Source: a virus | Lineage: Duplodnaviria > Caudoviricetes | Length of the DNA: 64,000 nucleotides | Virus record (IMG/VR): IMGVR_UViG_3300046542_000312 | Span: 1,260-65,259 of that record | Direction: 5' to 3' (one strand) | Shown here: positions 26,518-35,700 of the stretch, one piece after another | How the letters are laid out: the number at the start of each line of letters is the position of its first letter | How positions within the stretch are numbered: position 1 is the stretch's first letter | Notes under the pieces: generated by a model | Database searches by the model: none | What the model was told of the DNA's origin: nothing | Seen by the model: only the letters and a program-made list of their open reading frames with translations | Translations under genes and position numbers: made by a program

Positions 26518-26642
26518 ATGAATTGATACAGGTGTGACATGTATTTGTCAACAGCCGACGGCTCGGCCATCTGGGTTGATAAACCTTATAAAACAATAAC
26601 TTATATCAATGTCAACTTACTATTTGGCTCGTGATGCAAGAA

Positions 26643-27200
26643 TCACCCGTGCATCTCGACCTCGACAGTCACGCACTGGAGATGCGCAAGCCCACGCTCG
26701 GCCAGTCTCCTGCGCTTCGCCTCCTTGCCTTCCTGCTCGAGCATGAGCATCTTCTCGCGGTTGTTGGCGATGTACTCGTGATCCTTCTTCAGGAGCTTCA
26801 GTCCGTGCTGGACGCGGTACTCGATGCGGATGTCGCGGTTGCGCTCGCGCTCGGCCTCGCAGACGTCCCATTCGCGGAGCATGTCCTGGAGAACGCCGGC
26901 CAGTCTCTTCGCCTCATCCGGGTCTGCGGTGATGATCGTCTCGAAGAACTTCTTCACCGGGATCTCCTCGACCTCGGCGCAGTGGCAGAGCGTCTGGAAC
27001 TCCTCGGACTTCAGCCATCGCCGAACCTTCGCCTGTCCGAAGTTGTCCTCCGGCTTGTGGTAGGCCTCAATGGCCGCCTCGCTTGCCTCGATGTACAGTT
27101 CCCCCAGAACCGCCCGGAATAGTCTCGCATCGTACGATGCATCTCGGTCTGTCTCGATCGATGGATTTTGCGTAGTGCTTCTCTGTGATTGCGCGGTCAT
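26643..27200 (-). CDS. Hypothetical coiled-coil protein (start uncertain)
   Basis: Good codon usage; overlaps the rusA 3' end. Confidence 0.65.
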   Translation of the reverse strand: MTAQSQRSTTQNPSIETDRDASYDARLFRAVLGELYIEASEAAIEAYHKPEDNFGQAKVRRWLKSEEFQTLCHCAEVEEIPVKKFFETIITADPDEAKRLAGVLQDMLREWDVCEAERERNRDIRIEYRVQHGLKLLKKDHEYIANNREKMLMLEQEGKEAKRRRLAERGLAHLQCVTVEVEMHG

Positions 27201-27516
27201 TGACGTAGATCCTCCCCTGCAAGGCGTCTTCCACCAGACTTCCGTCCAGATCGGGCCTTCTCGATGCGTAGTAGATGAACAGATACAGCCGGAGCTCGCC
27301 CTCCAGCATCTCACCCAGCACAGGGCACTGGCGCTCGAACGTCTTCAGATAGTCCAGGGCTTTCTGCGACTTGATCGACCTGACCCGGCCGTTCGCCGCC
27401 GGCACGATCCGCCGGCTGTTTGCCTTCGAGCATGGCTCGCCGAGGATCTCGAACTGAACCCAGCGGGTTCCGTCCTCCTCGAATCCTTCCTCCAGCTCAG
27501 CCTGTTTAATCGCCAT
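27067..27516 (-). CDS. rusA: RusA-family Holliday junction resolvase
   Basis: GEPCSKAN, RRPDLD..VEDALQG.IYVNDR. Confidence 0.85.
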   Translation of the reverse strand: MAIKQAELEEGFEEDGTRWVQFEILGEPCSKANSRRIVPAANGRVRSIKSQKALDYLKTFERQCPVLGEMLEGELRLYLFIYYASRRPDLDGSLVEDALQGRIYVNDRAITEKHYAKSIDRDRPRCIVRCETIPGGSGGTVHRGKRGGH

Positions 27517-27659
27517 TACCCTGCTGTTAACCTTCAAGCGTCAACAGGATTGCTATTCCAATCCTTGCCAACAGTTGCCGTGAGTCCTTCGGAAGCCTTG
27601 ATTCACACATGCTCCACACCGATGATTGTATCCGCCGACAAGGGAAGGAACCAAACCCC

Positions 27660-28586
27660 ATGCATTTCACCAACAAACTGGGCCTCCCGGATGCCATCGT
27701 GAACGCCGTCACCAACGACGAGTATTCGCGCGGCAACTCCGACGCGAGTGTCACCCAGCTCATCGGCAGCCCGCGCCAGAGCGTGCTGTTCCGCAGACAC
27801 CACGAGCAGATCGAGGTCGACGTCTCCGAGCGCTTCTGGGCGCTCTGGGGAAAGACGATCCATACACTCCTGGAGGACAAGGCCGCCGGCGACGAGACGG
27901 TCGCCACCGAGCAGAGACTGTTCACGAGGATCGACGGATGGAACATCTCGGGCCAGTTCGACTGGCTGAAGTGGGACGGGCCGGAACTGTCGCTCAAGGA
28001 TTACAAGCTCTGCACCGCATACGCCGCCATGTCGGAGAAGTCGGAATGGGAGAACCAGCTCAACATGCTGGCCTGGCTCATCGAGACTGTGGCCAACGAA
28101 GCCGATGAGGATGGCGTTCTTCCCGATGAACCTTTCTGCGTGGAAGACATCGGCATCGTCGCCCTGATACGTGACTGGTCGAGGGCCGCCGCCGACAAGG
28201 ATCCCGACTATCCCCAGTCTCCGATCCTCCAGCTACCGCAGAGACTATGGCCATACGAGGAGCGCGAGGCCTACGTTCGGGAGCGTGTCCGGCTTCACCG
28301 AGAAGCGAGGACGCACAGGATGCGCGGCGACGAGCTGGCACCCTGCACCGACGAGGAACGATGGATCAAGCCTCAGGACTGGGCCGCGATGAAGCCCGGA
28401 GCCAAGCGCGCCTCCCGCGTCTTCCAGACCGAGGAGGACGCCGTCGAATACGCAAAGACCAAGCCGGAGCTGGAGGTCGTCCGCCGGAAATCAGAACCAA
28501 CCAAGTGCAAGCTCTACTGCTCGGTGTCGTCGTTCTGCGACCAGTACCAGCGGGAGCTACTATCATCAGCGGAGGTGTCCGAATGA
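27660..28586 (+). CDS. PD-(D/E)XK exonuclease (Cas4/RecB-like)
   Basis: G..IH, E.R, SGQFD, DYK, QLN, C-terminal Cys cluster. Confidence 0.8.
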   Translation: MHFTNKLGLPDAIVNAVTNDEYSRGNSDASVTQLIGSPRQSVLFRRHHEQIEVDVSERFWALWGKTIHTLLEDKAAGDETVATEQRLFTRIDGWNISGQFDWLKWDGPELSLKDYKLCTAYAAMSEKSEWENQLNMLAWLIETVANEADEDGVLPDEPFCVEDIGIVALIRDWSRAAADKDPDYPQSPILQLPQRLWPYEEREAYVRERVRLHREARTHRMRGDELAPCTDEERWIKPQDWAAMKPGAKRASRVFQTEEDAVEYAKTKPELEVVRRKSEPTKCKLYCSVSSFCDQYQRELLSSAEVSE

Positions 28587-28876
28587 ACAAGACCTTCAGA
28601 CTGCGTTCCGAGGCCTACATGGCCCATGTGAGGACTTTTCCGTGTCTGGTATGCGGAGACGTGTCGGAAGCCCACCATCTGCTCCGCACGCCCGATGGAA
28701 GGGGCATGGGCATGAAGTCCGGCGACCAGTGGTGCGTGCCACTCTGCCACGAGCACCACATGGAGCTTCACAATCTCGGAGCCGAGCCGCTCTATTTTAC
28801 CCTCAAGGGAGTCGAGGATCCCGTCACATGGGCGCGATGCTGCTACGCCGCATGGGAGATGCTCCATGGCGAGTGA
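28583..28876 (+). CDS. DUF968/HNH-like zinc-binding protein
   Basis: PCLVCG..AHH..GMGMKSGD..VPLCHEHH..LH. Confidence 0.8.
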   Translation: MNKTFRLRSEAYMAHVRTFPCLVCGDVSEAHHLLRTPDGRGMGMKSGDQWCVPLCHEHHMELHNLGAEPLYFTLKGVEDPVTWARCCYAAWEMLHGE

Positions 28877-29465
28877 CATCCGCAGGATCGCCATCGTCAC
28901 CGAGGCGACACTCACGCAGATGAAGCAGAACACGCTCGGCATCGCCGCCTGCGTTCGCATCCCCGGACACCGCGTCCCGCTCGATCTTCTGGCCGCCCAG
29001 ACGGGCACCCGGTTCCAGACATCGTGGTCGTCGATCGACGAGCCGGAGAAGGCGGTCTCCATCGAAGCCGCGATCCAGGGGTTCAAGCGGAACTCCGCGG
29101 GCGTGGCCGTGACCCTGAAGCTCCATCCCGACGACACCCCGCCGGAACTATTCACGACGGCCGGCTCCTCCAGATGGCTGATCGCCTGGATACAGCTCGG
29201 AGACGCCGACGAGCCAGTCGAGGGAGAGATCGCATCGGCAGGACGCCGTGCAGAATCATCTGCCAGAGGACTCGTCCGGCATCCCGACTTCCAGTCCTGG
29301 TGCTCAAGGACTTACGGCGTTAGCGCAGACGAGGAAGGAGCCACGCAGGCCGTGCTTGAGTCCTGCGGTGTTGAAGGACTCGACGAGATATCCATGAACC
29401 ACCGCGCCACCCGCCTTCTCGAAGAGGTCCGGGAAGAATTCGTTAAGGACTGGAATCGATCATGA
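28866..29465 (+). CDS. Hypothetical protein
   Basis: Coupled in operon. Confidence 0.75.
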   Translation: MASDIRRIAIVTEATLTQMKQNTLGIAACVRIPGHRVPLDLLAAQTGTRFQTSWSSIDEPEKAVSIEAAIQGFKRNSAGVAVTLKLHPDDTPPELFTTAGSSRWLIAWIQLGDADEPVEGEIASAGRRAESSARGLVRHPDFQSWCSRTYGVSADEEGATQAVLESCGVEGLDEISMNHRATRLLEEVREEFVKDWNRS

Positions 29466-29523
29466 GTCCTACAAAACCCGACCGAATCCTTCAAAAGCCT
29501 ATTGCGCCGATCGAGTCCTTGGG

Positions 29524-29539
29524 TTAACGATGGATTAAC
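29524..29539 (+). promoter_or_regulatory. CtrA box upstream of the excisionase-like gene
   Basis: gTTAAcgatggaTTAAC, perfect in both orientations. Confidence 0.75.
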
Positions 29540-29568
29540 AAAGATTTGACTTGAAGGATTCAACGACA

Positions 29569-29778
29569 ATGATCGTATTCGGAACCGAGTATTGGAGCGT
29601 CACCGACATCGCCAGGCAGTGCGGCGACGTGCACCGAGACACCGTCTACCACTGGATGAAGACGAGGGTCTTTCCTCCGGCCCGCCTGAAACAGGGCAAG
29701 TCCCGATACTGGGATCCGAAGGAGATCATCGAATTCTACAGGATCGAATTCGTCGAGCCATTGCAGAGGGCAGCATGA
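29569..29778 (+). CDS. AlpA/Xis-like HTH (putative excisionase)
   Basis: DIARQCGDVHRDTVYHWMK..FPP..W. Confidence 0.75.
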   Translation: MIVFGTEYWSVTDIARQCGDVHRDTVYHWMKTRVFPPARLKQGKSRYWDPKEIIEFYRIEFVEPLQRAA

Positions 29779-30005
29779 CCACCACCGTCGTCTACGTTCT
29801 TCTCATCCTCACCTGCACCCAGCCGGACGCCGACACCAAGACCTGCACGCAGAAGCGCCAGGTCTTCCCCGTCGAAGCCCAGTGCCAGGACATGATGCAG
29901 AGGATCGGAAGTGCGTTGACGGCGGATGCGATGAAGCCCGGCACGGTGATGATGATGGAATGCCGCCAGGGCGCGGCGACAACAACAGAGGGAGCATCCA
30001 AGTGA
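29775..30005 (+). CDS. Small Cys-containing exported or membrane protein
   Basis: Hydrophobic N-terminus, 4 Cys. Confidence 0.65.
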   Translation: MTTTVVYVLLILTCTQPDADTKTCTQKRQVFPVEAQCQDMMQRIGSALTADAMKPGTVMMMECRQGAATTTEGASK

Positions 30006-30391
30006 AGGACTCGAACGACTATCTCGGCCGCATGGCCACCAGACTTCAGAACCGCCTCATCGAGATCGCCGGCGACAACCGCGGCGAGTTCCGCGACTTC
30101 GAGCCGGGCACCGCGAAGATCCGCTGCGATCTGGCGCTCACCATGAACGAGGAGCACGACGGATATCTTCTCGACGCCTTCGTCGAGAGGTTCCGCGAGG
30201 AAGTATCCGACCGCGCTTTCTCCGGCCCAGTCCGCTGGTGGCGGCTTCCGACCGTCGAGATCGGTAAACTCCCGGAAATGGACGATGAGTTCAGCCTGTT
30301 CGAATCCGAGAACATCGAGGATCACGACTTCCAGATGTGGTTCCCCTGGTCTCCGCGCACCCTCGTCGTGCGCTTCACCGTAGAGGCCTGA
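30002..30391 (+). CDS. Hypothetical protein
   Basis: GTGA overlap. Confidence 0.7.
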   Translation: MKDSNDYLGRMATRLQNRLIEIAGDNRGEFRDFEPGTAKIRCDLALTMNEEHDGYLLDAFVERFREEVSDRAFSGPVRWWRLPTVEIGKLPEMDDEFSLFESENIEDHDFQMWFPWSPRTLVVRFTVEA

Positions 30392-30392
30392 C

Positions 30393-30932
30393 ATGTTCAA
30401 CATCGGCCCGTGGAAACCAGAGGAAGTCCAGAGAGCGAGAGAGCTCTACATCGCTGGCATGACCCTCGACAATATCACCAAGCATCTTCCGGGCCGATCC
30501 GCCAACGCCGTCGGCTCCAAGCTGTTCAAGCTCGGCATGACCGGACTGGCCGCCAAGGGTAAGGCCGCCGTGCAGAAAAGCGCAGTCGCCGAAGCCCCTC
30601 CCGAGAACTTCGTGGAATGGACGCGCAGGCAGGAAGCCGCACTCATCGAGCTGTGGTACCAGAACGCGCCGCTCTCCCGGATCGTCGAGAAGACGAAGCA
30701 CACCGAGGAGCAGATCGGAGACTACGTGAAGCGCATGGGCGTCCACGACAGGAACTCCCCGACGTTCAAGGCGGACTCCCGCGGCAAGCGTCTCCGGGTG
30801 TGCATGACCTGCCAGCAGGTCTTCATGTCGTCCGGGGCTGGTAACCGTCTCTGCGGATGCGTCGACACCGGAGGGTATCACGACACCACGGGAGCTGGCC
30901 GCAAGACAGGCGGAATGGCACATTCCAAGTGA
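30393..30932 (+). CDS. GcrA-like protein: two GcrA-type HTH repeats plus Zn finger
   Basis: W..EE....ELY..G.....I...L.GRS.NAV.SK..KLG, second WT..Q...L.ELW repeat, CxxC..NRLC. Confidence 0.65.
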   Translation: MFNIGPWKPEEVQRARELYIAGMTLDNITKHLPGRSANAVGSKLFKLGMTGLAAKGKAAVQKSAVAEAPPENFVEWTRRQEAALIELWYQNAPLSRIVEKTKHTEEQIGDYVKRMGVHDRNSPTFKADSRGKRLRVCMTCQQVFMSSGAGNRLCGCVDTGGYHDTTGAGRKTGGMAHSK

Positions 30933-30953
30933 GGACAAAACCCGCCGGCGATT

Positions 30954-30985
30954 TGACAGTCTCGGCGGGTTAATACATGGTTAAC
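30954..30985 (+). promoter_or_regulatory. Integrase promoter with CtrA box over the -10
   Basis: TTGACA..CATGGT; TTAAtacatggTTAAC at 30970-30985. Confidence 0.75.
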
Positions 30986-31041
30986 GAGTAGACAGAATTC
31001 TACTCTCTGATTCACGCCAACCGGATCCAAGGAATACATAC

Positions 31042-32217
31042 ATGGACATCAACATCGAGATCAAGGGCGACCGCCCGCACCACGACCCCATTCCGGGCGT
31101 GAAGATCGTCTGGTCAAAGAAGAGCCAGAAGTTCTACTACTACGACCAGGCCACCAACAAGCCGATCACCGGATCCCCGGACACGTGGGAGTTCCGCGCG
31201 GCCATGAAGACGGCGGCGTCGACCACGGTCAAGGAGATGATCGACCAGTACCGCCTGAGCACCGACTACAGGAAGCTGAAGTCGTCGAGCAAGATCACAA
31301 AGGACAGGGAGCTCATGCTCATCGAGGAGCGGTTCGGCGAGCGTCCGATCGACAGTGTCACGCGCTCCGACATCAACCAGGTCTACGACATCGAGCTGGG
31401 AGACCGTCCCGGTAGAATGGTCTCCTTCCTTGCCGCCGCCAAGGCTGTCTGGAACCACGCCATCGTCAACGAGAAGACTATCATCAACCCGTGCAACACC
31501 TTCAAGCGTCCGAACCTCGGAAGCCTCAAGGCATGGCCGGAACATCTCATCCAGCCCGCGCTCGACAGCCTGCCCGAACATATGCGCGACATGTGCGTGC
31601 TGGCTCTATACACCGGACAGCGCTACTCGGATCTACGCGCCATGCTGTGGACTGACTTCGACCCCAAGGCGCGAACGATCAAGGTCGTACAGGAGAAGCT
31701 GTTCAAGGAAGGCGAGGACGAGGGAGACAAGGTTCTTGAGATTCCATGCCACGACAAGCTCTACTCTTACCTGATGAAGATGCCCCGGAAAGGCCCGTAT
31801 ATCTGCATGACAAGCACATGCAAGCAGTGGCCCCAGAACGGCCAGTTCGCTGGCAACCTGAACCGACTGTTCTCGAAGACGGCGATGAAGGGCTACTCGA
31901 TCCACGGACTGCGCAAGACCGCCGCCAAGCGTCTCGCCGACGTCGGCTGCTCGGCCCACCAGATCATGTCGATCACCGGCCACTCGACCCTCGCCGAGGT
32001 TCAGCGCTACACCCGCGGCTTCAGCCAGAAGAAGGCGTCGCAGGAAGCCATGTCGATGCTCCAGGGCAAGCAGCACCAGGACATCGTCGAGGCGCTCCCG
32101 AAGAACCTGTTCGAGCGCAAGGCGGCCCTTCTGGCACTTCTAGCGGAAGTTGAATCCGCAGAGGCCGAGCAGGGTGAATACGAAGTCCCGCTCGAAACTG
32201 TCAGAGAGCTGATTTGA
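31042..32217 (+). CDS. int: Tyrosine integrase
   Basis: TGQR.SD, HGLRK, GH, and catalytic Y (QRYT). Confidence 0.95.
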   Translation: MDINIEIKGDRPHHDPIPGVKIVWSKKSQKFYYYDQATNKPITGSPDTWEFRAAMKTAASTTVKEMIDQYRLSTDYRKLKSSSKITKDRELMLIEERFGERPIDSVTRSDINQVYDIELGDRPGRMVSFLAAAKAVWNHAIVNEKTIINPCNTFKRPNLGSLKAWPEHLIQPALDSLPEHMRDMCVLALYTGQRYSDLRAMLWTDFDPKARTIKVVQEKLFKEGEDEGDKVLEIPCHDKLYSYLMKMPRKGPYICMTSTCKQWPQNGQFAGNLNRLFSKTAMKGYSIHGLRKTAAKRLADVGCSAHQIMSITGHSTLAEVQRYTRGFSQKKASQEAMSMLQGKQHQDIVEALPKNLFERKAALLALLAEVESAEAEQGEYEVPLETVRELI

Positions 32218-32219
32218 TT

Positions 32220-32436
32220 GGGTTTTCCGGGTTTTCCAAAAATGTTGCCGAGGTTCGGAAAAACTGGAAAAAATCGGAAAACTAAGTGGACAACCCCTTG
32301 ATTTCATTGGATCACTAATGTTCTTCATGAACGTAACTTCTGTAATGAAATCAACCACTTAGAATTTTGGGTTTGTCGGGGTTTGTCGGAGCATGTAGGC
32401 TGACAGGGAAAACTAGGAAAACTTCTACTAAAACTT
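32220..32436. other. attP-like site
   Basis: AT-rich; GGAAAAC/GTTTTCC arm repeats on both sides; inverted TTGATTTCATT/AATGAAATCAA with IHF consensus (32291-32303, 32349-32361) flanking a core at 32309-32343. Confidence 0.65.
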
Positions 32437-32499
32437 GTCTCCCGGAGATTGACTTCGGGAGACCCAGACATAACCTTCCGCCGTGTCAGGAGACGTGGA

Positions 32500-32763
32500 A
32501 TGAGCATCGAAGCACAGCACATCTGGTCGGCGATCGACGACGTTGCGGAACGGAATCACGTGTCAGTCAGAGAGCTGGCGACCCGTGCCGGGCTTCACTA
32601 CACGGCCCTCTACAAGCGCAAGAAAGGTGACGAGGACAGGTGGCCGACGAGCCATACTCTCGCCGCCACCCTGTCCGCCGCAGGTGTCTCGTTCGCCGAG
32701 TTCGGGGCCATCGTGGACACTATTTCGCGGCAGCCTTCTTCTCCCGCTTCATCTCAGAGATAG
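32500..32763 (+). CDS. XRE/CI-like HTH protein lacking the S24 domain
   Basis: IWSAID..A......LA.RAGL.....K.K....RWP.....LSA.G.S..EF, the alphaproteobacterial repressor N-domain pattern. Confidence 0.75.
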   Translation: MSIEAQHIWSAIDDVAERNHVSVRELATRAGLHYTALYKRKKGDEDRWPTSHTLAATLSAAGVSFAEFGAIVDTISRQPSSPASSQR

Positions 32764-35700
32764 CCTTGTTGCCCTCCTCGATCAGCTCCTGCTGGGCCTT
32801 CTTGTAGTCGCGGATCGCGGCTTCCTTCTCCGCCTTCGGAACACCATCGTCATCCTCCATCTGGCGGATGGCGCGGTTGATGTCCGAACGCTCCTTGTCG
32901 AGAGACGCGAGGTAGGGCGCTACCGAGAGCTCCGATCCGTACTTCTTCTCAAGTCTGTCCATCTGGTCGTAGTCGCTGTTCTTGGCGGCCGCCCTGTACT
33001 CCTCGAAGGCGTACATGACATCGTCGCGGTTGCCGTAATACTGGCGCGTCTTAGCATCCTTGTCGTTGGCCGTATAGAAGCGCTTCAGGGCCAGCGTCTT
33101 GTTCGGGTTCCACTCGTTGTCCTCGCCGGATCCGAAGACCATCGACCCCGTGCGGATGGCGTCCATGACCGACGTGCCAAGGCCACCCGTCAGCGACTTG
33201 TAGACGTACTCCATCTGGGCTGGGCTGACATCGACGGCACCCGGACGGATCGCGCTTCCGCCCGTCTCCTCGTTCAGCCATTTCGACAGACCGATGAACG
33301 GAGCCGACGTCGCGTTCCAGTAGCGGGCTGAGTTCGGAACCTCGAGGTTCGACGCACCCTTCTTGTCCGGCACGATCTGTCGGCCGGCGAAGTCCTCATT
33401 GGATGCGAGATCGATCGGAGCATCGAGGATCGTCGGCGCGAACGTGTTCAGGTCGAAGAAGTCCTGGGCCGCGCCGAGCGGATAGAGCGACTTGCCCATG
33501 TTCGACAGCGTGTTGCCGGAAGCAGACCAGGCATCCTTCTTGCCGAGCGCGACCTCCGCGGCGTTGCGGCCGAGGTTCATGATCGAATCGAGACCAGCCG
33601 GAAGCGACAGGGTGAAGTTGCCGCCCTTCGTCAGGCCGAGCGTCGGGATCACCCACGTCTTCTCCTTCACGTAGTCGGGAAGGTTGTCGTAGAGTAGCTC
33701 GTCGTTCTCGTCGCGCTCTCCGGCGAACTCCTGGAAGAACACCTGCGCGGCTCCCATCATCGCCATCGTCGCGATCGACTTGCGAACCTTCGGCGAGCGG
33801 GCGGCCGCATTGAAGAGCGCCATGTTGCCCTGGACCGCGGCGTTGTAGAACAGATAGAAGGTGTTGATGATCTCCTTCTTCGTTCCGCCAGCCGAGAAGT
33901 TGACGGTGATGTTCAGCGCCGCCTGGGCCGCACGCTCCGGGGAGTAGCCCTGTTCCTTGAGCGCCTTGAACGTGGCCACGCGGGTCATGTCCTCGAACGA
34001 CTGGGAAGCCGCCTCAAGCAGGTTGAGCGGAGCCTCCAGCATCTTGCCGATCTGGGCGCGCGTCTTCGGCTGACCGTCAGCAAGGGAGTTCATCTCCCGG
34101 ATCATGCGGTCGGTAAAGTATTCGCCCGAACGCAGACCCATCGTCGACGTGGTGCCGCCGAGACGCTTCAGTTCTAGGTAGTCCGGGGAGGCGTAGAGGT
34201 CGAAGTTCTTCTTGCCGCCGTAGGAAGTCTTGATCGTGTTGGCCAGCGCCGGGAGGAGGTTCTTGGCGATCTTCAGACCCGTGCCCTTCTTATACTGGCC
34301 GGAGTTGACGAGCGCGGTCTGGATGTCCTTAGCGGGGTTGTTCAGGATGAAGTTACCGTTGTATGTCGTGGCCAGCGTTCCGAGCAGGCGGCGGTAGGCC
34401 CGCAGACCGCGCAGGAAATACCCGGCCTGCTGCGGGTCGCGCAGGATCATCTGCTTTAGCTCAGATGCCACGGCAGGATCCTTGACGCGAACGGCAACCT
34501 CGCGGCCGCCGATCTTGGCGGTCACGATGTCTGATGCATCCTTCCAGCGGCTGTCGGTCTGCACCTTGGTCTTGCCATCGGAACCGACGCTCTTCTTCTT
34601 GTCGCCCTCAGTGACGATCTCGGCGAAGTCCGAGATGGGACGCGTGGCCGAGTTCATCTTGTCGTTGTTGGCGTTCAGGCGAACCATGTCATAGAGAGCC
34701 GTCGAGACGCTGTTGCGCTCGGCACGCGATAGCGTCCTCAGATGTGCCGAGATCATGTTCGGGATGATGTTGGCCGCAAGGGATTCACGTCCGGCCGCCT
34801 GCTTGCCTTCACGCCCCTTGATCGAGAACCCGCGCTCGGAAACGAACGATCCATTGAAGACGTCGCTGTCGGTCTCCTCGGCGAGGTTCTTCTGGTCGAG
34901 GAAGTCCTGGAGAGGCACGTGGTTGGGGCCGAAACCGGGATGATCATGGATCTCCTGGCTGATGAGGCCGCTCTCGAGCTGGGTCTTCTTCATGTCCTTG
35001 ACGATGGCATAGGCAGCATCGGCGGCGTTGTCGAATCGCTTCTTGGTGCCAGGCCCCATGGACTCCACGGCCTTCAGGATCGCGTCGGCTTCCGCGTCCG
35101 TCATTCCGGATCCGTCGCGGTTGGCGGTACCGTCCTCACGCTGCTTGTCGGTGAAGCGGGTCTCGTAGATGGCCTTGTTTCTATCCTTCGCCGCGCGGGC
35201 ATAGAGGTAGGCTTCCAGACCAAGGACGTTCTTCTTGGTTGGATTGTCTGCCGTCTGAAGGAACAGGTCAGCCGCGCCGCCCTTGCCGTTCGCCATGCGG
35301 AGCTTCTCGAACTCGGCGTTCGACATCTTGATGTTGGCCGCACGCTCCAGCAGGGGAATGAACAGCTTTTGCTCGGCGATGCGCTCGCGCTCGGAGATTC
35401 GGTTAGCGTGCATCTCGGCCTGATATGCGACGTCCGTGTCGGGCGTGATGTATCCTCCGGCCTTCTTCACCGCGTCCTGGAACTTTCCGAGCGACCACTT
35501 GTCGTTCACCCACTCGCGACCGACGTTAGCCAGAACGTTGGAGAAGTCCTCCTTACGTGCGGCAACCCCCTTCTTCTTCACGAATGGGAGTCTGTCCATG
35601 ACATTGGCATAGGCCGAGCCGAGGGTGTTCTCCAGGACACGTGCCGTTGCGGCATATTCGGGGACGAAGTCGTGTCGTGCACGCACCTCGATCGGTGTCT

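Noticed and set aside
32309-32343. dif site or tRNA-derived att core
   Set aside because: No XerD-arm TTATG match and no tRNA T-arm/CCA pattern.
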